Positions 31,307 through 41,900 of a stretch of 64,000 nucleotides of DNA are shown in pieces (the stretch's first letter is position 1; each line of letters starts with the position of its first letter). The notes under the pieces are model-generated. The model saw nothing but the letters and a program-made list of their open reading frames with translations. It did not search any database and was not told where the DNA came from. A program made the position numbers and the translations under genes. The DNA is taken from positions 17,164-81,163 of the forward strand of contig CALUOR010000006.1 in NCBI GenBank assembly GCA_944322285.1. The letters run 5' to 3'. Source of the DNA: an uncultured Bacteroides sp. Its GTDB lineage: Bacteria; Bacteroidota; Bacteroidia; Bacteroidales; Bacteroidaceae.

Positions 31307-31551
31307 TTAAAAACGATATATTATCCTGAAATGAGGATGAGCTAAAAAAGAATAATATTTTATTTTCCCTTGAGGTCGTCTTTCGTCTAGTCTACCTATT
31401 TCAGGAGAGTAGGATAAGGTACGGATTGCATCTTCCATTCCTGTTATGTATTTCAATTTTGCCTTTTTCCCATCTGTATCAGATATCAAGAAGAAATGGC
31501 ATCATTTTGCCGGATAAACATTTTAGACCATTTAATCTTTAACTTCTCCAT
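31307..31551 (-). pseudogene. RelE/ParE-family toxin pseudogene
   Basis: Manual translation: MEKLKIKWSKMFIRQNDAISS*YLIQMG, then a frameshift in an A5 run, then KAKLKYITGMEDAIRTLSYSPEIGR...HFRIIYRF*. Contains an internal stop and a frameshift. Confidence 0.75.
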
Positions 31552-31790
31552 TTCGCAAACATTTCATCAACTTCCTTTTGAGTGGCAAACCCGTCTTTTT
31601 CTGCGGTTCTGACAATCTCATCTAATTCTTCTTCCGTATATTGGCAAGGAGCAGTGCCTTTATGCAATAAGTCTAAGCATTCCTGTAGTTTCTGTTCATC
31701 ATTCATCGCGTCAATAGACGCGATCAGTCGATTCTTCAGACCTTGAAGATAGGCTGTATTATAAGCGGTAGTCGGTTCAGATACTTTCAT
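31539..31790 (-). CDS. Putative antitoxin
   Basis: 83 aa with acidic C-terminus (YTEEELDEIV...TQKEVDEMFAKW); overlaps the start of the RelE/ParE pseudogene. Confidence 0.7.
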   Translation of the reverse strand: MKVSEPTTAYNTAYLQGLKNRLIASIDAMNDEQKLQECLDLLHKGTAPCQYTEEELDEIVRTAEKDGFATQKEVDEMFAKWRS

Positions 31791-31904
31791 TGTACGTTCC
31801 TCCCTTTATATATCCCCCTACAAAGAAACGAATTTATTTCGTATCAGGCAAGTATATTGGTAACTGTATCCTTTCAGTACTTCACACTGTTTAATAACCA
31901 GTAA

Positions 31905-32080
31905 TAAGTAAGTGTACAGAATTAATTGATATCATTTGTAGGAGTTAAGAAGTTAAGGAGTTATCGCTCCGTTAGGAGTTAAGCCAATACTTTTAGTATA
32001 CATGATAAGTCAACTATCGGCTTAACTCCTTAACTTCTTAACTACTGATATAGTATAAGCTAAATGTGATTAGTTACTTA
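31905..32080 (+). repeat. Family-2 repeat, copy C
   Basis: Same ends as A and B; shares more than 100 bp of near-identical internal sequence with copy A. Confidence 0.85.
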
Positions 32081-32094
32081 GCACTTTTAAATTG

Positions 32095-33069
32095 TTATAA
32101 GTGAGGCCCTATGGATCCAATAAATATTTTTTCGGAGGCATCAGGGTAATTGAATTTGAAATATATCCGTGGATGAAATTTCAAATAGTTTATAGATGAA
32201 CCTTTGTAACTGGCATCTGGCTGTGAAATCTTTAGATGAGGCTCACAAAGGATCTTGTGTTCGTGGTTATTTCCATCTTTATCTTTTATTTTGAAACAAA
32301 AAGTCAGTGATGGTTTCTTTTCAGGATTCCTCTCTAAAGAACCAGGCTCGTCTAAACCGTATTCTCCTGAAAAATCCGCAAGTATGCTATTGGCATCCTC
32401 TTCTTTATCGGCATGTCGTCTCATTACAGAATAGAATCCATCGTTAAGGCAAGATAGGTAGTAAACAATTTTGCGTGGAATGGTTTCTAAATAATTATCC
32501 TCTTCTAAAGACTTTATACAATTGTTGTGTATATCCAGTATATCGAAATATTTCCGACATTCACCAATAAATTCAGTAGGTGTTCCCGGGTGATTTCCGA
32601 TAATTTGTCTTCGTAAGGTTTTCCATGATTGCAGATCGTATATTATTTTATATTTATCAAATTGTATGTAAGGTTCTTTTTTATCCGCATTTTTCTCTTC
32701 GTCGTCTTTTCTGCGGTTTAATATTAATATGGAGTTGATTTCCGTTTCATTCTCCTGATATAAGCATTTTTGTTCCAATTCCTCATAGGTCAGCGAGTAA
32801 TCATCAGAGGTGTTTCCTAACACTGAATACATCAATACTTGTTGTTCTCCGTCTAAATATGCATTGGCAAAATCGACAATTGTCTGCTCTTTAAATATCG
32901 GACAATTGTAAATTTGCGTCGGAACTTTGAAAACATTCTCGTTACTTGAGTTATAGATAACGTCACGCATGTCCTCAATCAGCCGTTTAATCTTTGTGGC
33001 TACTTCGTCCGATGAGTCTGTGCCATTGTATTTGAAAGATTCTGTATGTAGGTATAAATTAGCTATCAT
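32095..33069 (-). CDS. Hypothetical protein, putative RelE-like nuclease effector coupled to the ATPase
   Basis: ATGA overlap with the ATPase gene; C-terminal CEPHLK...RIYF...IFIGSIGPHL pattern. Confidence 0.55.
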   Translation of the reverse strand: MIANLYLHTESFKYNGTDSSDEVATKIKRLIEDMRDVIYNSSNENVFKVPTQIYNCPIFKEQTIVDFANAYLDGEQQVLMYSVLGNTSDDYSLTYEELEQKCLYQENETEINSILILNRRKDDEEKNADKKEPYIQFDKYKIIYDLQSWKTLRRQIIGNHPGTPTEFIGECRKYFDILDIHNNCIKSLEEDNYLETIPRKIVYYLSCLNDGFYSVMRRHADKEEDANSILADFSGEYGLDEPGSLERNPEKKPSLTFCFKIKDKDGNNHEHKILCEPHLKISQPDASYKGSSINYLKFHPRIYFKFNYPDASEKIFIGSIGPHL

Positions 33070-34268
33070 CTCAGTCTGGCACCTAAAGTCATGATTTCAG
33101 CCAACTCCTGTTGATATTGGTCAAAAAAGCCTTTCGGCCAATTAGGTATTCTGCCGGAAGGTTCAATATGCAATGCTTTTACACTGTAATCGTCGTCAAA
33201 GAAGAAGATGCTCATGTCTTCATTAGACACTTTATATTCCTCTTTAAGAGCTGCTAAACGAAAAGCGTTCACTATATGTTCACTGTGTGTTTCTACAAAT
33301 ATCTGTACGCCTTTGTCCGCTAGTTTGGCCAACATGAAAGCTACACGTGCTTGAGCTTGTGGATGCAAATGGGCTTCCGGATTTTCTATGATGACTATGT
33401 TTCCTTTTTGCGCGATGAGGGCTGTAACTACAATCGGTAATATATAGCTGTAACCGAAACCTACGTTATATGCTTGGAAGCCTCGTCTGTTCGGGTTTTG
33501 TTTGAATTGGAATTCAATGGAAAGAGTAGATGTACGTTCTTTACCATTGTTGTCATTTACCATGATGCTTCCTCCATTCATGATATAATCAATCCATTGC
33601 GATGCTGCTTCTTGCAGATTACACTCCTGATTGTCTTCTGTGGTGGAAGGCGTCATTTCGATAGGAACTTTATCCTTGCATGTAGAAAGTGTATTAATGG
33701 TGAAAATGCCTTTTCTCCCCACTCGGTGAAACTCGGGAATCTCCATTTTTTCAACGAATTTCACAGGCCCAAGTCTGTCTGCGGATACGTAGTGGACATT
33801 GGACATGCCCAATATGGAGTTTATGTAAGACGGAAATTGCTTTATCAACGTGGATTGGCTTGTGTCTTGTTGCTCATTTCCTCCTACGGTATCAAAATAA
33901 TCCTCATCATCAATGATGCATTGGCACATCGAGCCTACTTTGATGTCATAGTCAGACAGTTGGTATCCAAAGTTCAGTTTATGTACTTTGTCGGTAGCTT
34001 TCAGCAGTAGGTTTACGCTGAAATTGTTTTGATGGTCATCAGTTAATATCTCGTCAAAATCCCCCAATTCAATTAACGTCCCGTTTAAGTGCAATTTTTC
34101 GAGGCTATTTAACTGGTCTTTTTTTACTGATTGGGACATCATTAATAGTGACTGCAATACGCTTGACTTACCTCGTCCGTTATATCCGGCAAATAAGTTG
34201 ATTCTTTTTAAATCGAATGGGATGGGCTGGACACACTTGAAATTTCCCAGCTTGATTTGTTCTATCAT
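33066..34268 (-). CDS. ABC-type ATPase (AAA_15/AAA_21) with C-terminal DUF3696
   Basis: Walker A AGYNGRGKS, signature VGFGYSYILP, Walker B IIENPEAHLHP, H-loop VETHSEH, terminal WPKGFFDQ. Confidence 0.88.
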   Translation of the reverse strand: MIEQIKLGNFKCVQPIPFDLKRINLFAGYNGRGKSSVLQSLLMMSQSVKKDQLNSLEKLHLNGTLIELGDFDEILTDDHQNNFSVNLLLKATDKVHKLNFGYQLSDYDIKVGSMCQCIIDDEDYFDTVGGNEQQDTSQSTLIKQFPSYINSILGMSNVHYVSADRLGPVKFVEKMEIPEFHRVGRKGIFTINTLSTCKDKVPIEMTPSTTEDNQECNLQEAASQWIDYIMNGGSIMVNDNNGKERTSTLSIEFQFKQNPNRRGFQAYNVGFGYSYILPIVVTALIAQKGNIVIIENPEAHLHPQAQARVAFMLAKLADKGVQIFVETHSEHIVNAFRLAALKEEYKVSNEDMSIFFFDDDYSVKALHIEPSGRIPNWPKGFFDQYQQELAEIMTLGARLR

Positions 34269-34284
34269 GATTTCTTACTAGACT

Positions 34285-34563
34285 TTATACGTTTTCATTC
34301 AGCCATTTCCAGTTGGATGATGCCATCCATCCGTTTATTTCTTTTCCCGATATTTCAGATAAGAAAAAAATGTCTTTTTCTCCCATTTCTTTTTTTATCG
34401 CTTCGCAAAGCTCGCTTACGTTTTTATCTCCGTTGTATTTTATCCACCACGTGTCTCGCAATACGTGTATGGCGTTACCTTCCACTTCTTTTTCGAGGAA
34501 TGCATAGAGGGAAGTATAATCTTTGCCCGGTGTTCTTAATTCGTAAGAAAGCTGATATATCAT
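34285..34563 (-). CDS. Small Cas2/VapD-like ferredoxin-fold protein
   Basis: MIYQLSYELRTPGKDYTSLY...HVLRDTWWI...GWM...WKWL resembles stand-alone Cas2-like proteins; TAACTTTG -7 box at 34612-34619. Confidence 0.6.
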   Translation of the reverse strand: MIYQLSYELRTPGKDYTSLYAFLEKEVEGNAIHVLRDTWWIKYNGDKNVSELCEAIKKEMGEKDIFFLSEISGKEINGWMASSNWKWLNENV

Positions 34564-34772
34564 AAGTGCAAAAAATAAACAAATAGAAAATTCTTATACT
34601 AAAGTTGTGAGCAAAGTTACGTAAAATATTAAAAGAACAAAATATTTTAGAGTAATTTCTTAGGCTGTGGGCTTCTATTTTGTGTAACTTGTAGCTAATT
34701 CCCCTATTGCGGACATTTCACCTTTACAAGGAAACGAAATTATTTCAGGAAGGGCAAGGGAAGCGGTAGCTT

Positions 34773-36440
34773 TCATGAATACAACGCTTGTTCATGGCGT
34801 GCAATCTCTTCCGGAGTAAAGCGGCTTTTCAATACTTTGGCGGGAACACCCCCTATAATAGAGTAGGGAGGACATGACTTGGTAACCACCGCACCTGCAG
34901 CCACCACACTTCCCCTACCGATGGTGACACCTTTCAGTATCGTTACATGACTGCCACACCACACATCATCCTCTATTACCACCGGCGCATCATTCTCAGG
35001 CAACTTGTCGTGCGAATCCATGATGAACTTTCCTACTACATCTATCCGATGGTCACCCGTAATGATGGTAGGAGCAGGACCAAATATCACCTTCTTGCCG
35101 ATGGTGAGCGGTGCTTCCGTGCAATAGAACGTACTGTGCTTCGGTATGCTTGTATAGTCACCGATACTCAGGTTTTCCAGTCCTTTGAAATCTGAGCTCA
35201 ACGGACGGAGATACACCTCTTTACCGCAATGCCTCATACACTTCTTGTAACATACGGCTAATAGCTTGTCCGCAAGGTAGGGGATAGCAAGACTAGCTTT
35301 AATGACTACACTGAAGAATCTCTTGCTTATTTGTTTATTATTTTTATCCTTCCCTATGAGCGAAGAGTCTGCATACGTTTTGTTTAATCTGTTGATATAC
35401 ATATCTGTGCTAAAATGACTGAAAATATAATTGCGTGCTTTTATGGATAGCTGTTCTAATAAATCTCTGTCATTGTTCAATCTGTCTATTTGATGAGTGA
35501 TGGAATCACAGTCTTTAACTTTGATAAACAATCCGTTTTCTTCCTCTCTGACGATTTCACCAATTGACCCTACCGGAGTTGTAACCGGCACTATGCCGAA
35601 ACTCATGCACTCAATTAGTGACATGGGTAATCCTTCAAAGAAAGAGGGTAAAACAAATACATCTAGACTTTTCAGATATTGGGATTTGCTTTCACCGGAC
35701 ACGACTCCTGCATACTCAAACTGTTTTCCTAACTTTTCGGCAAAGAGTGGTAGATATTGTCCTTGCGCCTCCTCCTTTCCTGCTATTTTCAGAAGGAATC
35801 TCTTTCCGTTGGCTTTCATCCGTGAACAAGCCTCCAGTAGGTAATCCATACCTTTTGTTTCGGCTATGCGTCCCAAGTAACCTATGGTCAAAGGATGCTC
35901 TTTATTCGTTTTCCTTTCAAAATGCGTTGCTTCCTCTAAGTCTACACAGTTGGGCAATACCTCCACCTGTTTGCATCCGAACTTCTCTTGTACCAACTTC
36001 TTTTCCAAATCACTCAGTACAATAAAAGGAACGGATAGGGAAAAAACCTTTCTCAATATCGTATGGAGATATTTCGGAATGCGTGTCGCAGTCAAGAAGT
36101 TTCCCCCATGCAGATGGATTATCATTCTGTTCCCTTTCATTCGGGCTATACCGATAAATAGCGGGTCACGCAGGATAGAAGCTTTTGACAGAGGAAAGTT
36201 ATAATGCACAATAGCATCCGGATATTGCGTCAACAGCTTGCGCCAACGCAGAATCGCTTTACCTATAGCAACCATGCGATGAATCCCGCCCCGTTCATTA
36301 TCCTTTCTGCCAAGCTCGAAGTGTATATACTCCGCTTGTGTATTGTTTTGGATAATAAACCGGGTAACCGAAGAAATCCCGCTAACGTTTTGGTTTAGGT
36401 CAAGGGATGGAGAAGTAATGATGATTTTATAATTGCTCAC
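34773..36440 (-). CDS. GT4 glycosyltransferase fused to a hexapeptide-repeat (LbH) acyltransferase
   Basis: YLGRIAETKG and FVLPSFFEGLPMSLIECM (EX7E), followed by APVVIEDDVWCGSHVTILKGVTIGRGSVVAAGAVVTK; GTG start. Confidence 0.85.
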   Translation of the reverse strand: MSNYKIIITSPSLDLNQNVSGISSVTRFIIQNNTQAEYIHFELGRKDNERGGIHRMVAIGKAILRWRKLLTQYPDAIVHYNFPLSKASILRDPLFIGIARMKGNRMIIHLHGGNFLTATRIPKYLHTILRKVFSLSVPFIVLSDLEKKLVQEKFGCKQVEVLPNCVDLEEATHFERKTNKEHPLTIGYLGRIAETKGMDYLLEACSRMKANGKRFLLKIAGKEEAQGQYLPLFAEKLGKQFEYAGVVSGESKSQYLKSLDVFVLPSFFEGLPMSLIECMSFGIVPVTTPVGSIGEIVREEENGLFIKVKDCDSITHQIDRLNNDRDLLEQLSIKARNYIFSHFSTDMYINRLNKTYADSSLIGKDKNNKQISKRFFSVVIKASLAIPYLADKLLAVCYKKCMRHCGKEVYLRPLSSDFKGLENLSIGDYTSIPKHSTFYCTEAPLTIGKKVIFGPAPTIITGDHRIDVVGKFIMDSHDKLPENDAPVVIEDDVWCGSHVTILKGVTIGRGSVVAAGAVVTKSCPPYSIIGGVPAKVLKSRFTPEEIARHEQALYS

Positions 36441-36447
36441 AATTTGC

Positions 36448-37716
36448 TTAGAAATTTTGTTTGATGCTATTTATAGCGGTCAATAAATTATTTTGCATGC
36501 TTGCTATCTGTATTGATAGTTTGTTTCTATTTTTATCGTAGTTGTTTACCATGTTGTCGACAAGACTTTTTAAATTTTCTACATTGGTATAATCTATGTC
36601 AATAGAAAAATCTTCAAATCCAATGTTTTTCATGTATTCTCTTAATTTGTATAAGTAATTAATGGCGATTATAGGTCTGTTTCCTGCGCCTGTGCAAAGT
36701 ATGGCGGCATGCATCCGTGTAACAATACTAAAGTAACAATGTGAAAACACGCTTGCCAGTTCTTGTGGAGTAAGTAATGTTGTGATTTCTATGGTTTGCT
36801 CATTGTTTTTCATCAACTTAATGACATTCTTTCCCGCTCTTACGTCATCTACTTTATATATCCCGACGACTGTAGGGGTAAAAACTATTTTTTTATGATA
36901 TTTCTCAATGACGTAATCTAATACCTCTGCGACAGATTGATTATACCCATCTTGTCTTACAGGTCCTTGTGCCTTCCTAAACAACCAGTCTATAACCGAT
37001 ACACAAATGTATTCTTCATCGGGATTAATACCCAATGAGTTGAATAATCGCATTTCGTCTTTTTCCGGTAATTTGTCTTGCAGGATGGCTATGTCATACG
37101 TGTTAAATCGATATGGTTTGGTGACATTTAATTTTTCCAATAAATTGAACGATTTTTGGTCTCGCACAAAAATTGAATGGGAACGGTCTAATACTTTTGA
37201 GGCTTTTTTTATCGTGCTTTTATAGAACACAGGTCCGATAGTAAGAGAAAAATGGATTAACTTAGCATTCATTTTCTCATAAATGCTTAATGCTTCAAGT
37301 GATAGATAAGCGGTCTTGTAATATACATCATTTATACGTTCCGCACCGATACAAAAAACATAGTCTGATTCTGCAACTGTTTTTAATACGTTTGCCTTTC
37401 TTCCACTCAAAAACTTGTAAGGCTTATTGGTAAAAAGGCTTATAATCCGGACGCTTATAATCCATAGAACAGTCTTTAGAAGCCATATTATTTTATGTAA
37501 ATTACTGCCTTCCGGGAAAAGGAATAAATCTCTTTTAACGTCGACTGGATTCTTTTGAGATTTTATCAATCCTTCTTGAACTCTCTTAACATCAGAAGTT
37601 AATATGGTCAAAGAACAATTCTTATCAATCTTCTTGGCTATCTTGATGGCGTTTTCAATCAGAGCCATTGAGCCAATATTGGCAGCCGAACCACATTCTG
37701 TAATGGTGATTTTCAT
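36448..37716 (-). CDS. Polysaccharide pyruvyl transferase family (WcaK-like)
   Basis: NIGSMAL, SLTIGP, IFVRDQKS, IVTRMHAAI, AINYLYK. Confidence 0.8.
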   Translation of the reverse strand: MKITITECGSAANIGSMALIENAIKIAKKIDKNCSLTILTSDVKRVQEGLIKSQKNPVDVKRDLFLFPEGSNLHKIIWLLKTVLWIISVRIISLFTNKPYKFLSGRKANVLKTVAESDYVFCIGAERINDVYYKTAYLSLEALSIYEKMNAKLIHFSLTIGPVFYKSTIKKASKVLDRSHSIFVRDQKSFNLLEKLNVTKPYRFNTYDIAILQDKLPEKDEMRLFNSLGINPDEEYICVSVIDWLFRKAQGPVRQDGYNQSVAEVLDYVIEKYHKKIVFTPTVVGIYKVDDVRAGKNVIKLMKNNEQTIEITTLLTPQELASVFSHCYFSIVTRMHAAILCTGAGNRPIIAINYLYKLREYMKNIGFEDFSIDIDYTNVENLKSLVDNMVNNYDKNRNKLSIQIASMQNNLLTAINSIKQNF

Positions 37717-37718
37717 AA

Positions 37719-38906
37719 TTATCTTTTGTCTTTAATTAGTCTATTGAGAATTCTATAAACGATGAGAGGCATTCCGGGAAGTATGGTCAACCATCTTCGT
37801 AACCTTTTCCTTTGTCTTTCAACGGCTCTTCCTTTTTTATAGAGTGTTGTACGTGTGTCACATTCGTTTCTGAAATAGGGAATCAGGTTATTCTTTTTAA
37901 TGATGTCAGTATACATCAAAGCAAGTTCTACTTGAGCCAATGTCTTTTTTTGTACGTATAAGTTTGGAGTTTGCTTTAATAGAATCCGTCCTTTTTCTGT
38001 ATGTACTATTATTAAGTTATTACCTGTGCCGCTTTTATTTTCTATGCACCATGGGTCCATTACAGTAATATCTACATCTGTGCCAAAAGGATTTCCGCAA
38101 ATGTTACAACCGGGAACAGTCCAAAGTTTTTTGCCAAATGGCATAGAAGCGGCTATTCCCCATGGTACACTTTTTCCATTAAATGAGCAATATCCAGGCC
38201 AACCGTTTCCTCTATAGGAAAAATGTTTCAAATCTTGAAAACTATTGATTTTGACTCCAGCTATTTTGGCGATAAATTTAGTGGATTCGAAACTTTTCTG
38301 TTGTTTGCAGAAAATACATAAAGAATAAACTTCTTTACACTTACCTTTTATATATTGGTGTAGTGCCATTAGTTGGCAGGTGGTTCCGACTATCAAAATT
38401 CTCTCGCATCGTTGTATCGTTCGCATATTTAAGTTGAGCGGTACCGAGTGATAAATGGATTTTGGAATGTCGTCATAGTCGGGAATCTCATTTGCGGTAT
38501 AAAAATGCCCCTCTACGAAAGGGTATTTATCCGTTTTCTTTAATGTATATACACCATCAAAAAAACCGCTTTTTAATCCTTCTATGATAATCGTTCGTGC
38601 AACGCCTCCGGAAGAGGCTTTCTTTCTGATAGCGTCATCCGTGTTATGCCCTATATAATATTCTTTTTGCTTACAAAAATCTCTTATGTCGTTTAATTTA
38701 GTATGTTTATTAGCCGGACATATTTTTTTACATAAGCCACATCGAACACATTTATCTTGATCAATGTCTATTTTAAGCAGCCCATTGATGGGATTGCGAT
38801 GATAAACTATGGCATTCTTGGAGCAAACAGCAATGCAGGCACCGCATTGTTGACACAAACTGGCGTCAACCTGCATTTGGTTCGTATTGTTATTATGGAA
38901 AATCAT
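37719..38906 (-). CDS. 4Fe-4S / coenzyme F420 hydrogenase beta-subunit (FrhB)-like protein
   Basis: CQQCGACIAVC and CVRCGLCKKICP ferredoxin motifs, IRKKASSGG, VGTTCQ. Confidence 0.85.
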   Translation of the reverse strand: MIFHNNNTNQMQVDASLCQQCGACIAVCSKNAIVYHRNPINGLLKIDIDQDKCVRCGLCKKICPANKHTKLNDIRDFCKQKEYYIGHNTDDAIRKKASSGGVARTIIIEGLKSGFFDGVYTLKKTDKYPFVEGHFYTANEIPDYDDIPKSIYHSVPLNLNMRTIQRCERILIVGTTCQLMALHQYIKGKCKEVYSLCIFCKQQKSFESTKFIAKIAGVKINSFQDLKHFSYRGNGWPGYCSFNGKSVPWGIAASMPFGKKLWTVPGCNICGNPFGTDVDITVMDPWCIENKSGTGNNLIIVHTEKGRILLKQTPNLYVQKKTLAQVELALMYTDIIKKNNLIPYFRNECDTRTTLYKKGRAVERQRKRLRRWLTILPGMPLIVYRILNRLIKDKR

Positions 38907-38924
38907 ACTTGGCTGAAATATTTC

Positions 38925-41900
38925 TTAGTTTTCCAGACGTTCTAGAATTGCATCGAAGAATTCGGGATCCAATTGGTCTTTCTCGGATAATTTTACGGTT
39001 AACTCTATATTTGTAGTGAATATAGGCAGATTAACTTGGTTTATATATCTCTTTAATTCAATGAGTTCATTAAATAGGTATTCATGTTTTCTCTTTATCC
39101 ATACACAGAGTAGTGGGCAGTTCGTTTCGTAAGCACAAACTTCTTCTTTGGTTTCCTTAATGTCATAGACCATTAATTTTCTGCCATCCTTTTGTCGTAT
39201 TTTAAAATTACAGCCTTCACACTGTGACTTTCCCTTTCGGGAATCTATGGGTATTAGATTGTTGGTATTCAGTTCCATGATGATCCTAATGGTTTCTTGA
39301 ATGGTATTTTTCTCTATGTTTTGGTACTCGGACAATATTGTTACGCCCTTCGTGATGTGGTGGGAAATCCAATGGAATTTGGATTCGAGCGAGAAGTGCT
39401 GGAAATTCTCTTTTAAAAGATAGTAGTTTACCCGTTCATTTGTGATGTCCATAACGTCAGCAAGCCGTATCAGAATCATCATACACTTTACGCTAAATAA
39501 TTCATCCTTTGCTTTTGATTTTCTTCCATATACTTCTATTGTATCATAGCCATGGCTTGCGCCAATATTGACAACCAATTGTAATATGGCAGGTTCTATA
39601 TATGAGAAGAAGTTTTTGGCATGATTCGTGAGGAACTGGGCACTATCCTCAGCATGCGTTTTTCTTTTGGCATTTTCGAAGTAATCATAAACTCTTCCAA
39701 AGATATTCAGCAATAAGTCTTTCCAAATGGATAAATCCTCCTGTTGTTTATTGTGAGATAATTCATATAAGTCAGAGATACATTGAGTCAGTATTGTGTC
39801 ACTGTCAGATGGCGTTTTATTGAATGTTTTAAGTTGCGGATTAATGACCATACTCACGTCATGCAGATAACAAGCCAGGAATAAAACAAAAAAGTCGTTT
39901 TGTTTTAAACCTAAGTAATCAATATGCTTAATCAGTTTCAATGACAGCCGGATAAGAGTGATGGCATGATCTTGATTGTGTAGCGTATATTGGTGCATGA
40001 ATTTTGAACCGTTCATCCACAACCCACTAACTAATTGATGTGTACAAATCAAGCTGTCCACATGTCTTGGATTGCGTACTTTGTTTACGAATATGCCTAA
40101 AATAGATAATAAGTTGGCGTCAATGCCTATATAGCTTGATAGTTGCTCATTGCGGCAGATTGATTGCATAAATGCGCTGAAATCATTCATCCGGAAATTT
40201 CTGTTACGCACAAAGGCCAGTGTGCGGACTTCAAAATAGCGTAAGGTGTGAAAACGGTTGCTTTTGAAGAAATTAAATGTCTCATTCAGTTCTACACCAA
40301 ACATAACGGATAAATAGGCGTTCAGAATTTTTCTTTTGAACTCATCGGAACAAGCGCATACATTCTTTGCATATTCCGGCACCTTATAAATCGTTTCAAT
40401 AATATTTTCAGTGCTGAATACATCAAGCAATGCCTTGAGTTGCCGAGACTCTGAACTTACTTGCACTGGTACATGTCTCATGGCATAGTTCAATGAGTCA
40501 TAGACATCATACAGTTTTCTGTATTTCTGAATCCATTCCGTTGCTTTCAACGAGGTTTGAAAATATAAATTTGTACATTGGCCGTTAGGAGCTAATCCGT
40601 TCTCAAATTCTTCGACCTGTTTGATGAGTTTATTTGCATCCTCTTGTGAACAATTATTTAGCCGCAGTAGTATTTCTGCCATAAATATTTCTTGATCGAA
40701 ATCGTGAAGCAATTGATTTCGAAGTTCCTTATCACCTAATATTTTATTCAAATTAATGTCATCATCATCTTCTTCATCATCGTTTTTTAATAGAATTAAT
40801 TTTTTTCGGAATAAAAAGAATTTGCGGTATCGTTTTAACATCTTCGCTTGACTTTGCTTGTTTATATCGTCTGTGTATTTCTTATATTCTTTAAGATTGT
40901 TATCTATTAATTCAAGCAAAGCATTGATTTTAGACAATGACATTTGGTCGTCGTACTCATCCATATTGTCGAAAAGGTTTCCGGCGTTTGACACTTCCTT
41001 TGCCATTAGAGGCAATATACCTCCGTGTGTCCCGTCTTTCTCCTGTATATTGCTATAAAAACTTTTTCCGTTAGGATGTAGTTGTACTATATAACTGGAC
41101 TTTAATTTCTGTTGGAATAAGGCGGCATCCTCTGTCAACAATTCTTTTATTTCTTTGATACGATTCCCTTCAACTCTGAATCTGTTAGAAAGTTCTGTGT
41201 TTATATCGGCAATTGTATCCTTGAATTTTTTATTATCCAATCCGTTTGTGTAAATCACCGAATCGTCTACATAGTAATAGCTATCACCGGGGAAGTACTG
41301 AGCATTAAATTTAGCTATTTCAGTCATGACTAAATTCCCAAAGAAATAAGATTGTGGCAATCCTTGAGCTATTCCTCTATTGTAATAGTTATTTTGTGCG
41401 TCTATATTTATATTTGGGTAATATATGTCTTTCCAAGCATCTAAATCTTCATTTTCAATCTTGAAGAAAAGTAGCTTACATAAAATTTGCTTCAAGCAAT
41501 TTATATCATTTGCATTTGTCCATACGCTTTTTAGTTTGTCAAAAATGAACTGGTACACCCAATAAGGTGAAACAGAAGGAAAAAAGTCTTTTAGGTCTAA
41601 GCATACTTCCTGGGTATATTCTTTCGTTTCCGTCAATGTCTTATAGCGTTGCAATAAGTTTTCTGAATATCGTTTGTATTGTTGTTTCCAGGGAATAAAC
41701 AGTGACTCTATTTGAGTAGAAGGCAGATTGCCGTAGAAATTATGTGGGATAAGCTTGCAAATCCCGGATAAAGAAATCTTGTTTTCTTGCTCATCAAACA
41801 TGAGCGGCCTTAGTAAGGCTATCATGCAGATAAGGTTCTCAAGAGAAGTTGTGTGCAAGGGGCGAAATTTAATCGTGCCATCTTCTTCTTTCGATTTGAA

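Noticed and set aside
34285-34563. CRISPR-Cas locus suggested by the Cas2-like gene
   Set aside because: No cas1, effector genes or repeat-spacer array in the window.
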